A DNA stretch of 64,000 bases from NCBI RefSeq assembly GCF_018977255.1, contig NW_024704742.1, positions 31,064,001 to 31,128,000 of the forward strand, given 5' to 3'. Source of the stretch: Callorhinchus milii (lineage: Eukaryota). Within the stretch, counting starts at the first letter, position 1; the number at the start of each line of letters is the position of its first letter. The position numbers and the translations under genes were made by a program. The notes beneath the pieces were generated by a model, which was not told where the DNA came from, did no database searches, and worked only from the letters and a program-made list of their open reading frames with translations. Shown here piece by piece: positions 24,870-36,569 of the stretch.

Positions 24870-25310
24870 ATAATCCTTCCCCAAAAAAATGAGTTCCTCA
24901 ATCCACAACTGTTTTTGGACACTACTGTGCGCAATTGGCTGCCGCGTTTCGCCCACAAAATACAGTTGATCCACTTTACAATATATTCTGTGAAGCATTT
25001 TGAGAAGTCTCAACAATGTGACAAGAAACTATGTCAAATCCAAGGAATATTATTATTAAATTGTGACCTAAAACACACTTCCTAAGGGCGAAACCTTGGG
25101 CAATTTTCTTTATAATAAATAATAATAATACTTCCATTTGATTTAGCGCCTTATCACATCTTCGAGACATCTCAAAGCGCTTCACAGAATATATTGTAAA
25201 GTGGATTGACTATATATTTTGACAGTATATCCTGTGAAGCGCTTTGAGATGTCTCGAAGATGTGATAAGGCGCTATATCAATTGAAGGGATAATTAAGGA
25301 TTATTATTAT
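24870..25310. mobile_element. Cluster of three SINE 3' fragments (+, -, +)
   Basis: ctgtgaagcgctttgaga..gataaggcgctatatcaa tail motif in alternating orientation. Confidence 0.85.
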
Positions 25311-26487
25311 GTAATTATTTAACACATGAAAATGATTATCAAAAGTGATTACGATTGTTCATCAAGGGTGTCATTTCGTAAGATGAATAACACAGCCCAC
25401 AAATTTTGACTATCACTGTTGGACTTCAACACAGCAAATTCAAATCTTTATCTTTCTGGATTCCAGGATTGGTTCCAAAAGAAATATAATAAAGTGCTGG
25501 ATTCGCAGATTAATGTGTGGATCATACTTTTCAGCAGCATATTGAAGCGATGGCAATTGACGCCCTGAAATTTCTGAGAACTGAATGAATGGCCTCTAGG
25601 TACATTTTTCAAAAATGTATCTTGTGACAACTATATATAGCTTACTTTACCCTCTAGGTTTTGCCTGTGTTTCCAATGATGTCTCAATGCATTACACCCA
25701 CCATAAACATGCTCTCTCTTTCAGTGATATCTTGAAAATTGTAATCACTTTGATTACGTTTTTAGCCCTTCAAGCACTGCCCCTAAGCACTACTGCAGTT
25801 GAATACAGCACCCTAGACTATTATACACAGATTAAATTGGTCATTCACTTTATAGTTTTTTGTAGCGCATTGCTGTGCAAAATGTAGCTGCAATCTTCTA
25901 CAAAAATAAACTGTCACTACATTTTACAGTACATCCAGTGAAGAACTTTGAGATGCCCTCCTTACATGAAAGTTTATACCAACTGCAAGAATTATTATAA
26001 TATATGGAACTACATTGTTTTATTTCCATACTAATGTGGCCCAAACTTCCTTCTACTCTTTATCTTCAAATTTAAGATTGTTTAGAACTGCGAAAAATTC
26101 TTCAATTCAGCTTCAATTTGGAAAATGTTTTTCCACAGTTTGTGATAAGAAGCAACTTCCAAATTAAGACTGAATATAAGAATTTTCCACAATTCTCAGT
26201 CACCTTTTAAGCCAATACAATCTTATAGGCTAACAGCAGGTGGAATTTCCAGCCTGTGTAATGTTACAGGTAATTTGGCCCATGAAATCGGTATTGTTTT
26301 TCTCCATGTGAACTATCCAGTCTAATTCCATTCTCCTGCTTTTACCCCACACGCTAAGAATGATAATTATAATCCTTGCAATGGATATAGTACCTTACCA
26401 CATTGCTTAAATGTCTAATGATTTACTGTAAATTATACTGACTATATTTGTAGGTCCCGTGTATAAAGATTTTTTTCTTTCAATATA

Positions 26488-26848
26488 TACTTAAACCCCG
26501 CTAGCTGGATTAATGGGGAGGGGACAGACATCTGGTCTGGCGAGCCGGAATTTCCAGCTAAGTATAATTGCAATGTTGGTATTGGCATTGTAATGTTTGA
26601 ATCCCACAAGCAAAAGATAGCAAATAGGCTAACAAACAATCTGAGTCAAAGTCGATATCCCGGGCCACTGTAAAGACCAGCAAGGACAGTGAAGATGCTC
26701 AGTGCAGCTTTGGAGAGTACTAGGAAAGTTGGGCCGGCGTGAGTCAACATGTGGGACAATGGAAATTTAAAACAAATACCATATTGCGGTTTCAGGGCTG
26801 GTCTGGCTACGTTCCAATTCCGATACCTAGAGCCAGCGGTTTAATGTA
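26488..26848. mobile_element. Non-autonomous Tc1/mariner-pogo-type MITE (same family as 46002-46383, opposite orientation)
   Basis: ta-cttaaaccccgctagctgg..ccagcggtttaatg-ta imperfect TIRs; interior aligns with the reverse complement of the 46-kb copy. Confidence 0.65.
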
Positions 26849-27769
26849 ACTTAGTTTGATATACCCATGTTTTTAATGTTGGCAGTTATTTTAATGCAGA
26901 GATGGCTTTACGCTTACCTTACCAAAGGTCCTGTATCTATGCTGCACAATCTAAGTAAATCTATGTAAATGTAGTTGGATATGCAAGCGGAACTGGGTGT
27001 TACTTTATTATTAGGATATAATTAAAGTTCTACCCCACTGCGTAAAGACATGCTAGCTTTGGGCAATTAGCACAATAATGGATCATCTCAGAACATAATA
27101 ATCTACAAAACCAGAAATACTACTACTATCCCACTCGTCAAAAGTAAAACATAAATAACACACTCTTTCAAACCCCTCAATTGTTTTCTTTTGCCATATA
27201 ACTATCTAATTCCCTTGTGAATTTACTGACGCAATTTGCCTCCTCCACCTCTCTTGGTAATCTATTCCGAATGTTCACAAGTGCCTGAGGTAAGTAGTTA
27301 AACAGAACTGGTCTGGTCGCATCCCTCTTCTGAGCTTGAATCCACACTTCCTTGTCTTAGAGTTTATGACCAATAAAAAACTTTATTTCAAAACAACATA
27401 ATTTACATTTATGCAGCGGGTTTCACATCAGAAGGATTTCTCAAAGTGCTTCTCGGTGCTGAATAGGCACCCAAGCTGCGGGTGGGAATTGCAGTGTGTT
27501 GAGGTGGGGAAAAGTGACCAAAAGTGAAGTCAAAGAGGTACGTTTTGAGACGTGTCTTCAAAAGGGGGTGGGGTTGGGGTGGGGGAAGGGGATGGGAGCG
27601 AGTCAGAGGATGGAATAAAATTTCTTTTGTGCCTTCTCTTTATTGTGAATATTTGCAGCTTCTGTTGCCCCCAATCCAAACTCGGGTTGCAGATATCCCC
27701 ATTTATTTGCTCTCTGCTGAACCCTCTCCAATTACAGGTATCTTTACTGTAACAGGTGATCAGGGTTGC

Positions 27770-28335
27770 ACACAACAACAACAACAAAATTACATTTGTA
27801 TAGCGCCTTTTACCAATGGTGGGGCGAGCAAGGCAGGGGACATGAAGCAGGCCGGAGCTGGCTGAGCAGACAGAGCGGGCAGGATATTGGGGGGTGAGAA
27901 GGTCACAGAGGTAGGGGGGAGCAAGGCCATGGAGGGCTTTGAAGGTGAAGACCAGGATCTTGAACTGTATCCTCTGTGTGATGGAAAACCAGTGGAGTCG
28001 GGTGAGGATGGGAGTGATGAGGTCGTGGTGCCTCGTGCGGCAGAGGACACGGGCTGCAGAGTTCTGGATGATCTGCAGCCTATGGAGGTAGGAGTTGGGG
28101 AGGCCGACAGGCAGGGAGTTTGCGAGGTCAATCCTGGATGCTATGAATGCATGTGTGAGAGTTTCGGAAGCTTGCGGTGTGAGACAGTAGCGGAGCTGGG
28201 CCATGTTGCGGAGCTGGGAGAAGACAGAGTGGGACATGACACGGATGTGGGGCAGAAAGGATACTGAGGGTCAAACAAGATGCCAAGGTTCCGGACTGGC
28301 TTAGTAAAGTGGAGTGTGCATCCTTGGATGATATT
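27770..28335 (-). mobile_element. L2 LINE C-terminal fragment
   Basis: HAFIASRID..LQIIQNSAAR..RIQFKIL translation; (CAA)n tail. Confidence 0.88.
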
Positions 28336-28949
28336 CCAGTTTGGGCTTAACCAGTGTTGTGTACAAGGTACTGTACCATTCTCTTTGCAAAAATAATCCT
28401 TTATTTCGCCACAACCTTTATTCCCCTTCCCCACTGCCACAATGAATGATAGTAGTCATTTAATGAGTCCCGTTCCCTCAGCCATCATCTCGCTCAGTGG
28501 CGACCAACAAAATAAATGTCTCTTGATTGAATACTTCTTGGCATACGGCGTAAATCCATGCTATTTTGTTATTTCTACGGTCATTTTGAAGGGTTTCCGC
28601 ATGTGTCAGACACTCGGCTGACCAAACAAAATTATTACATGACACTATTCAAAAAGAGAAGGGAATTTCTGCCAATGTCCTGGCCAATAAATCTCCTAAA
28701 TAAAATTTTGGTCATTCACTCCATGACCATTTGTGGGACATTGCTGTGTGCAATTGGCGGCCGCGATATATACAGCACATGCTGCGAGGTGCTTTGAGAC
28801 GTCTCAACGACTTGATAAGCCGCTGTATCAAACGCAAGGACTTTTATTATGATTTTGTTGGCTGGATGTTCTCTATATTCAACCAGCCTTGTGTGTTTGC
28901 ACCCCCTCCAGATCTAAATGAAACAATTGCGCTGGTAGTCCATTTGCGG

Positions 28950-30100
28950 TACTTTTTTCGGGTTGCCCTGGTGCCTGACGCGTGCGGAAACCCATCATCA
29001 GGCTCGAGAGTATCCACACCGAGCTGAGAATCCCATGCAGCCCACCTCCACGTGGAAATCCCGGAGACAGATCGTCGGAATGGGATGCGCGCTCTCCCCC
29101 TGGAGGTACGCATCCTGCTCACCTAATTCCGGAAAATATTAGGCGGCGGGTTGGGCAAGAGCCAAGGCTTGAGGAACCCAGAGCGTGCGTTGGGAGTACT
29201 GCCGGAGTCCAACCAGCTAAAACCGCGTAGCCTGCCGTCGATGTCGCTGCCGGGCAAACTTTCCCGCTGCGCGTCCCGCTTGGTCCAAGCACATATACCA
29301 ATAACAATCCCTGCGTTGATATAACAACAATCCCTCCGAAACCAAGAACAGTAATAAAAATTGGTCATTTTCAACCCACGACCGTGTGTGGGGCACCGCT
29401 GTGCGCGGTTAACTGGCTGCCGCGTTTCGCCCCCAAATATCCGGTCAAGTCACTTTACAGTGCGCCCCGCGAAGCGCTTTGGGACGTCCTCCCGCCGTGA
29501 AAAGCGCGATATGAAATGCGAGGCTTATTATTATTATTATTCTCGCGATTGTCACAGCAGCGCCTGTATCGGGGTCGTCGAGACGTCTCAAAGGGCTTCA
29601 ACAGAATATACCGTAAAGTGGAATATATATAATAATAATAATATTATATATATATGTATATACATAGATACACAGTGTATAATAGTGTCACAGCCTCTCC
29701 ACTCACTGACCTGAGTAAGTCCAGGCTGTCTGTGCGGAGTAGAGCAGCGTCCAGAGCCACGGAGAGGAAGAGAGGGCTGACGGTGGTCAGGGGGCGAGTC
29801 GTGTCCGCCCGGAGCCGCGCAGTGACGGGCTGTCCCCCCGATCCCGGACCGGCACCGGCACCGGCAGCCTGGCCACAGGCACAGCCACAGCACAGCAGCA
29901 GCGGCAGTAGCAGCAGCAGCAGCAGCAGAGGAGGAGGAGGAGGAGGAGACGTGGGGCCGCTCATTGCTACAACGCGGTCCCCTCCAGTTTTGCCCACACA
30001 AGGACTTGACTCTCTTTCTCTTCCCCCCCCTTCAAAGTTGTCAGACGAGTGCAGCAACTGCGGGCGGCTTCCGTGTTGGGAGGGCAGGGCAGGGCAGGGC
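28950..30100. promoter_or_regulatory. CpG island covering the HPSE first coding exon and proximal intron 1
   Basis: Visibly high CpG density compared with the CpG-depleted background. Confidence 0.75.
29711..29964 (-). CDS. HPSE: Heparanase coding exon 1 (signal peptide and start of the 8-kDa chain)
   Basis: MSGPTSPPPPPPLLLLLLLLPLLLCCGCACG..RPLTTVSPLFLSVALDAALL; phase-2 donor AG|GTCAGT. Confidence 0.9.
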
Positions 30101-30410
30101 AGGCAGGGCAGGGCAGGGCAGGGCAGGGCAGGGAGGGCAGGCACAGGGCAAAGGGCAGGGCAGGGAGGGCAGGGCAGGGCACAGGGCAAAGGGCAGGGCA
30201 GGGAGGGCAGGGAGGGGAGGGCAGAGCAGGGCAGGGCAGGGAGGGAGGGCAGGCACAGGGCACAGGGCAGGGAGGGAGGGCAGTCACAGGGCAAAGGGCA
30301 GGGCAGGGAGGGCAGACAGGGCAGGGCAGGGAGGGAGGGCAGGCACAGGGCACAGGGCAGGGAGGGCAGGCACAGGGCAGGGCAGGGAGGGAGGCACAGG
30401 GCAGGGAGGG
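30079..30410. repeat. (GGGCA)n G-rich repeat upstream of the HPSE ATG
   Basis: Direct inspection. Confidence 0.95.
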
Positions 30411-30477
30411 CTCACCTCACACTAGTGACTGCTCCTCCTGCCGTGCAAAGTCCTCTCAAAAAGCCGTGCAAAGTCCC

Positions 30478-30612
30478 ACACCACCGACTGCCCCCCAACC
30501 ACTGCCCCCACCGACTGCCCCCCCACCCACACCCACTGCCCCCACCGACTGCCCCCCCACCCACACCCACTGCCCCCCACCCACACCCACACCCCCCACC
30601 CACACCCACTGC
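30478..30612. repeat. C-rich repeat (CCCCCACCGACTG/CCCACA units)
   Basis: Direct inspection. Confidence 0.85.
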
Positions 30613-30665
30613 GCTGGTCCTTTGCGCGTTGTTTCCGTCTTTACGCGATCAGAGACCTTCAGTGA

Positions 30666-31146
30666 TCTCTATCTCTCTGTCTATCTCTCTCTGTGTCTCT
30701 CTGTGTATCTCTGCGTCTCTCTCTGTCTCTATCTCTCTCTGTCCATCTATTTCTCTCTCTCTCTATCTCTGTGTGTCTCTGTCTGTCTCTCTCTGTGTCT
30801 ATGAATCTCTCTGTGTGTCTCTCTCTGTGTCTATGAATCTCTCTGTGTGTCTCTCTCTGTGTCTATGAATCTCTCTCTGTCTCTCTCTGTGTCTATGTAT
30901 CTCTCTCTGTGTCTCTCTCTGTCTCTCTCTCTGTGTCTATGTATCTCTGTGTCTCTCTCTGTCTCTCTGCCCCTCTCTCTGCGTTTCTCTCTCTGAGTTT
31001 ATCTCTCTGTGTCTCTCTCTCTTTCTCTCTCTGTCTCTCTCCCCCTCTCTCTCTCTCTCTGTGTGTGTGTCTCTCTCTCTGAGTCTATCTCTCTCTCTGT
31101 CTCTCTCTCTTTCTCTCTCTTGTCTCTCTCTCTCTCTCTGTCTATC
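30666..31146. repeat. Compound (TC)n/(TG)n microsatellite
   Basis: Direct inspection. Confidence 0.95.
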
Positions 31147-31274
31147 TGCTGCCTTCCTCCCCTCCCCGGGTTGAAGCTAAACACAGAGGGAAACAGGCGC
31201 TAATCACAGTCACACCGTGTCTCCTCCATCCTGTCCTCCACGGCAGCCTCTCAGGTGAAGACTGGCAGCTGAGC

Positions 31275-31560
31275 ACCGAAGTGGTCAAAAATGTATAACA
31301 TCAGAGCCAAAAAAAAAAAACATTTGAGTCATGTGGCCAAGAATATAAATATGTAAGCGATGCGATCAAAAAAAATAATATATCGAAGCAAAGTGGTCAA
31401 AAAAAATATATATATCTAAGCGAAGTGGTCAAAACAAATCTAAGCGAAGTGGTCAAAAAAACATATCGAAGCAAAGTGGTCAAAAACAATTCTGAACAAT
31501 ATGATCCAAAAAACTATATCTTAAGTAATGCGGTCAAAAAATAACTGAGCCATGTGACAA
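31275..31560. repeat. Degenerate minisatellite, core AAGCGAAGTGGTCAAAA (about 25-35 bp units)
   Basis: About 9 imperfect units. Confidence 0.8.
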
Positions 31561-32424
31561 ACACTGACTGACTGATTGACTGACTGACTAACTCACTGCC
31601 TTCCTCACAGATCAATCCACACAACGCGAGCGATGTCTCTGTCTCGGGTGCCCACTGTGAAGCATCTGCTTCCCGCAAGGTTCATTTCCCTCGATGGCTT
31701 CACATTGACCTTGAATCTAATTGCGGGTGAAATGACAGCTTGAAACCTGCCTCTTCTCCCTGTCCCATGGCTCACTGACTCTTTGTGAAAGTGGAAGCAG
31801 TTTCAGTCAATATATTTATTCCTTTACAATCACAACATAACTGGAGTGACGGATAAGCACCTAACTCTGAACCCGAAAGATAAAGCTTTCACTTTGAAGG
31901 CATCATCTGAGTTTATTTTTGGTCAGTCTGACGCCTGTAAGGATTTTTATTATTATTTTGTTGGCTGGATGTTCTCTATATGGTGTGTGTTGGGGTAACT
32001 GCTGGAGTTTAAAACCACATAGCTTGCCATTGATATTGCTGTCCGGCAAACTTTACCGCTGCTTGTCCAGCAAGGACCACCCGATCCATTTAGGGCTTTG
32101 ACTTGCAAGGTTAACATGAGCTGAGTGGGATGACTCCCTGCCCCCCAGTGACTGGTCTGTCCTTCCAGGTCCTGCGATGAGCCAGGCTGCCTGTGCTGTT
32201 ATCAGCCGTGCCCCCATCGGCTGAGAGCAGCATTTTTTTTACACAAAGCTAATGTTTGCAAAGTGAAGCACTACGGGTCACTCACCCCTTTGTTTTGTTT
32301 TCAAATGAGCTGCCCGGAAACTTCCTCCGTCTGTTGGTTTTTTGTTGTTGTTGTACGCATATCAACAGTTGCTCTTTACTCTCTGCAATTAGGTGAGCAG
32401 GGGTGCATCTCTCCAGGCAGTAAG

Positions 32425-32745
32425 TGCAGTCCTGAAGCTCAGCGGTTAGAGCACTCGCCTTGCAAGCGAGACACCTGGGTTCAATTCCAGGCAGGGCGAA
32501 AACTTGGGCAAGTTTCCTTACTCCACACAGAGCCTAATAATAATCCCTCCAAAACAAAAAAAAGAAATTGGTCATTTTCAATCCACGACTGTTTGTGGGA
32601 CACTGCTGTGCGCAATTGGCTACTGCGTTTCGCCCACAAATATACGGTCATTTCACTTTACAGTATATTCTGCGAAGCGCTTTGAGACGTCTAGAAAATG
32701 TGAAAAGCCTTTCTCAAATGCAAGATTATTATTATTATTATTATT
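32425..32745 (+). mobile_element. tRNA-derived SINE
   Basis: agtcctgaagctcagcggttagagc..gggttcaattcc head; (att)n tail. Confidence 0.88.
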
Positions 32746-32837
32746 CCATTCTAGGCACAGGGAAATTTCTATGTGCAGGTGTCATATTTATAATAATAAT
32801 CCTTGCATTTGATATAGCGCCTTATCATGTTTTCGAG

Positions 32838-33075
32838 TGGTCCTCACTTTCAAAGCCCTCCATGGCCTTGCTCCCGCCTACCTCTGAGACCTCCTAATCC
32901 CCTACCAACCTGCCCGCTCCCTCCGCTCAGCAGACTCTGGGCTGCTCCACAAACCCGCCTCACCCACCCCAAAATTGCCACTCTTCGGTCATTCTGCCCC
33001 CACCCTCTGGAACTCCATCGCACAGTCCCTCCGCTTCGCCCCCTCCCTTGCCTCCTTCAAGACCCATCTCAAGAT
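32838..33075 (+). mobile_element. L2 C-terminal fragment
   Basis: APTLWNS..SLASFKTHLK translation. Confidence 0.75.
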
Positions 33076-33843
33076 TTTGAATCAACATCCAACCATCACA
33101 CAAATGTTTGAGAAGATCATTGTGGCACTTCTTCATGCACTGAGGAATATTCATTTATGACTGTGTTTTGTTCCTCCACCACTGGAGTAAAGGAAAGTGA
33201 AATGCACTTAATATATAATTGACAGCCACAACGAAAAGAAAGCAATTGGAGTTTGTAACTCAGTGCTTCAAGTAAATGTGGTCGACATTGTGAATACTGC
33301 AGTTCAAAATCTCCATCCAAAAAGCTTATTATGGGATCTAGAATGCACTCATTACAGATAACATAAATCATTGGATAATTAAACATAGAAATGCTTTTAT
33401 TCTGCTCTACTCAGCTTAGAGGCTGTAAACAAGACTGTTTGCTCAAGGTCTCTACTTCCTCTTTCAGGAGAAGTGCAACTTCAGTGTATCACACCCTGAC
33501 CTTTGAGTTTTTCATTGGCTAAAAATCTGATCAGTCACCAAAGTTTAGAACCAATGAAAATTACTTTTAATTTTTCTTTGGTCTGTCAGGCAACTGACAC
33601 ATGTACATGGTGGAAGCCCATCACCATGCTTAAGCGTATTGAACCATGGGGGAGTGGGGTGGTAAGCGGAGTCTATCCAGGATGACATTCTTGACAGCGG
33701 AATGTCAGAATTGAGCCGGTCTTCTGTGCTGGTCTCAGATCCTGAGCCATTTGGATCCACAGGACTCCAAGGCACTGCTGATGACAGGCCAACCAGCCTT
33801 GCTCATCGGCAATAGTTAGAAATTCAGGACAATCATTGGGAGC

Positions 33844-34369
33844 AGGAATTCTTCTCAGTTAGCTCCTGTTAGCGGCAGCCAAAGTCCTAACGGATAGGAT
33901 GGTCCTAACTGGACAAGGAAGCTGGCCAGACAGTGCTATCAGTGGCAAGTTATTCAGTTTTAGCTGGTTAAACTCCAGCGTACCTCAATGTACACTCTGG
34001 GGTCCCCAAGCCTTGGCTCTTCCCAATCTGCTCATGATATTTTCTGTATTTAGGTAAGCAGGGAGCATTGCTCCAGCAAAAGAGTGTGCATTCCATTCCA
34101 GACATGGACATTTCCATGTATAGGCGGCTCACATATATGGAACTTTTAATCTGGTTTGGATACTCTTAAGAATGGTTCTGTGTATCCAATTGTGTCAGAC
34201 ATCCTGGCTGACCAAAAAATAGATCCAAACCAGAATGAGAGTTCCATGAGTGTGCTTTGGGGTACTGTCGGAATTTAACCAGTTAACGCCACATAATTTG
34301 CAATTTGGAGCACTTTTTGGCAAGCTTCCTTACTCATTAGGCTTGCACAGTTGCAAGGAGGAATTCTTA
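33844..34369. repeat. Large imperfect palindromic (foldback/MITE-like) element
   Basis: Nested inverted arms 33905-33990/34257-34342 and 34130-34161/34223-34254. Confidence 0.7.
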
Positions 34370-35601
34370 TCCCTCAGGTCATGTTAATCCAGTAAACCCA
34401 CTCAGCTCCAAATAACTTATCTTGCCTGGATTCCCATCTCACTTATTCAGAGAAGATAATGGATCTAATAAAGGTTGCTCCCTACCTTCCAATACAGGTG
34501 GTGAAAGAAAGGCAATTAACAGCTGTTAAAAGTAGTTTGTAGAAAAAGTTACAATTAACAGAAAATAGTAAGATATAAATTAAACTAAGGGGTGTCAATA
34601 AAGAAAGATGTTACAAGCGCATCTTATTTTTATTTAAAATTGTGCTTTTTTATATTTATTTGAGTAGGTTGAAGATTAATATTATAGTAATCTGATATTT
34701 TGCAGTCTACCCATGTGTTTCATCAGAGTCAGAGTGAAAAGAGAAAAAAAAGTATACAACTGGTACCAGAGGAGTCTATATATGCTTAATAACAGTGAAA
34801 AGGTAGAATCTTTCAGAGATTAACTATTGAAGCCAGGCTTTTTGTAATAGTTATTGACCGTAACATGAGGAAACTGTAAGTGGAACACTATATTTAATCA
34901 CCGTACTAAATTCTATGGGAAGACAAAGCATATTGAGGAACAATATAATGTATCATTTACATGGTATTATTTATGAATTTAAAAGAAACAATCTTTTCAG
35001 ATGAGAATACAAAATGAATAAATGTAAAACAATGAATAGCACCCCTGAAATACAAAATAAGATTTCAGTAAGGATATATAAAACTTTGCAAAGGTGGAAC
35101 ACATTAGTTACTGTGGCTGATGTATGCCAAGTAAGTTTGTGGCGCAGCAGTATCACAAATGTGGGTCATTTAGACTTACTGTGTTTAACAGAGTTAACAA
35201 GAGGCCCTCAACCATAGCCAGTCTTTTTTGTGTATAAGCTACCTTCGAAGAGATTGGAGTGCATTTCCACATAAATGTGAACAAAAGTCTGGGAGGTATG
35301 AATCTCACCATCCAGCACGAAATCCAGCCTGTGGCCCTATCTAAAGTTCGCCAGCACAAACAAGTCATCTGGAGACTGAACAAAAACTACTATCTACACA
35401 CAATGTGCCTTTGATATCTCCTTGCTCAGTTCAAAGATGGGATTCAGTGTATATATAAGTGGTCAGATTTCACCACTCTTTAGTCAGCTTGAAGCTATTG
35501 CTTGGAAAATACACTAACTGGATCCCCTGAGGTACTTGAGATATGGCCACCATTCCTACGGCTATTACAGAACAAACTGTGTGATCGGTTTTATATCTAT
35601 G

Positions 35602-35912
35602 TGGAGTCCTGTAGCTCAGTGGTTAGAGCACTCGCTTTGTGAGACACCTGAGTTCAATTCCAGGCAGGGAGAAACCTTGGGCAAGTTTCCTTACTCCACA
35701 CGCCTAATGATAATCCCTCCAAAACAAAACAATAATAAATTGATCATTTTCAATCTACGACTGTTTGTGGGACATTGCTGTTCGCAATTGGCTGCCGCGT
35801 TCGCCCACAGATATACAGTCAATTCACTTTACAGTGTGAAGCGCTTTGGGACGTCCTCCGAACGTGAAAAGTGCTATATCAAATGCAAGGATTATTATTA
35901 TTATTATTATTA
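35602..35912 (+). mobile_element. tRNA-derived SINE
   Basis: ggagtcctgtagctcagtggttagagc A box; gagttcaattcc B box; (att)n tail. Confidence 0.9.
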
Positions 35913-36569
35913 CAAGACTTCTACAATTCGAAGAAATCAAAATCTTTCAGACTTAAAGTTACTGAGCCTAAAAGTTACCAAGCCTAACTGATCCATCTTC
36001 TTGGATCACTTTTTTTTGTGTGCTCCAGATGTTATCCCCATCTATGTTTACTTAACTGCCTTTCCTTAAATAAATCTATTTTTAGTGTGTTTGAATAAAG
36101 TTTGTATCAGCTAATTTTCCTTAAGAGATTGGGAGCGCATCGGGGTTTATAGTCTAATATCTATAGAGGGGTTGCTGTTGGTCTTGAGATATTACCAAAA
36201 AAGTAAGTGATAGTAAGGTGCACCAACAGTGCCACTAATTCCATTCTCCTTTTGGTACTAACTACTTATCCCATAAACATATTTCAAAGTCTTATCTGCA
36301 GAAAAATTACCTGTGGAACTAAAGGTCCACCATCGAACATAAATACTTCAGCCTCAGTAAAATATTAACCAACAACTTGGATTTATATTGTGCCCCTCAC
36401 ACAGGGGAGCATCCCAGAGCGCTTGTCAATAGATGACTGATTTCTCCCACCTCTATCAGGAGATAAATAAGCTTTGCTACCTTGCTAGACCTCTTTCAAT
36501 CTTCTGCAGGGCAGGCAGGCAGTGTAACAATACAGAAGATTGATTTAAATTTGTGGTAAACTAAATTGC

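Larger units (their letters stand above)
8242..29964 (-). other. HPSE: Heparanase gene span (12 coding exons, 557 aa, glycoside hydrolase family 79)
   Basis: All 12 exons found with GT-AG ends and consistent phases; WELGNEP and WLGETSS catalytic motifs; several exon sizes (48, 94, 107, 115) equal those recalled for human HPSE. Confidence 0.97.

Noticed and set aside
29654..30868. 404-aa and other overlapping ORFs
   Set aside because: Antisense to HPSE exon 1 and running through GGGCA and TC repeats; open only because of low complexity
31275..31560. CRISPR-like array
   Set aside because: Eukaryotic context; degenerate repeats, short mutually similar A/T spacers and no cas genes
33503..33775. 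Small ORFs between HELQ and HPSE
   Set aside because: No recognisable homology or consistent exon chain
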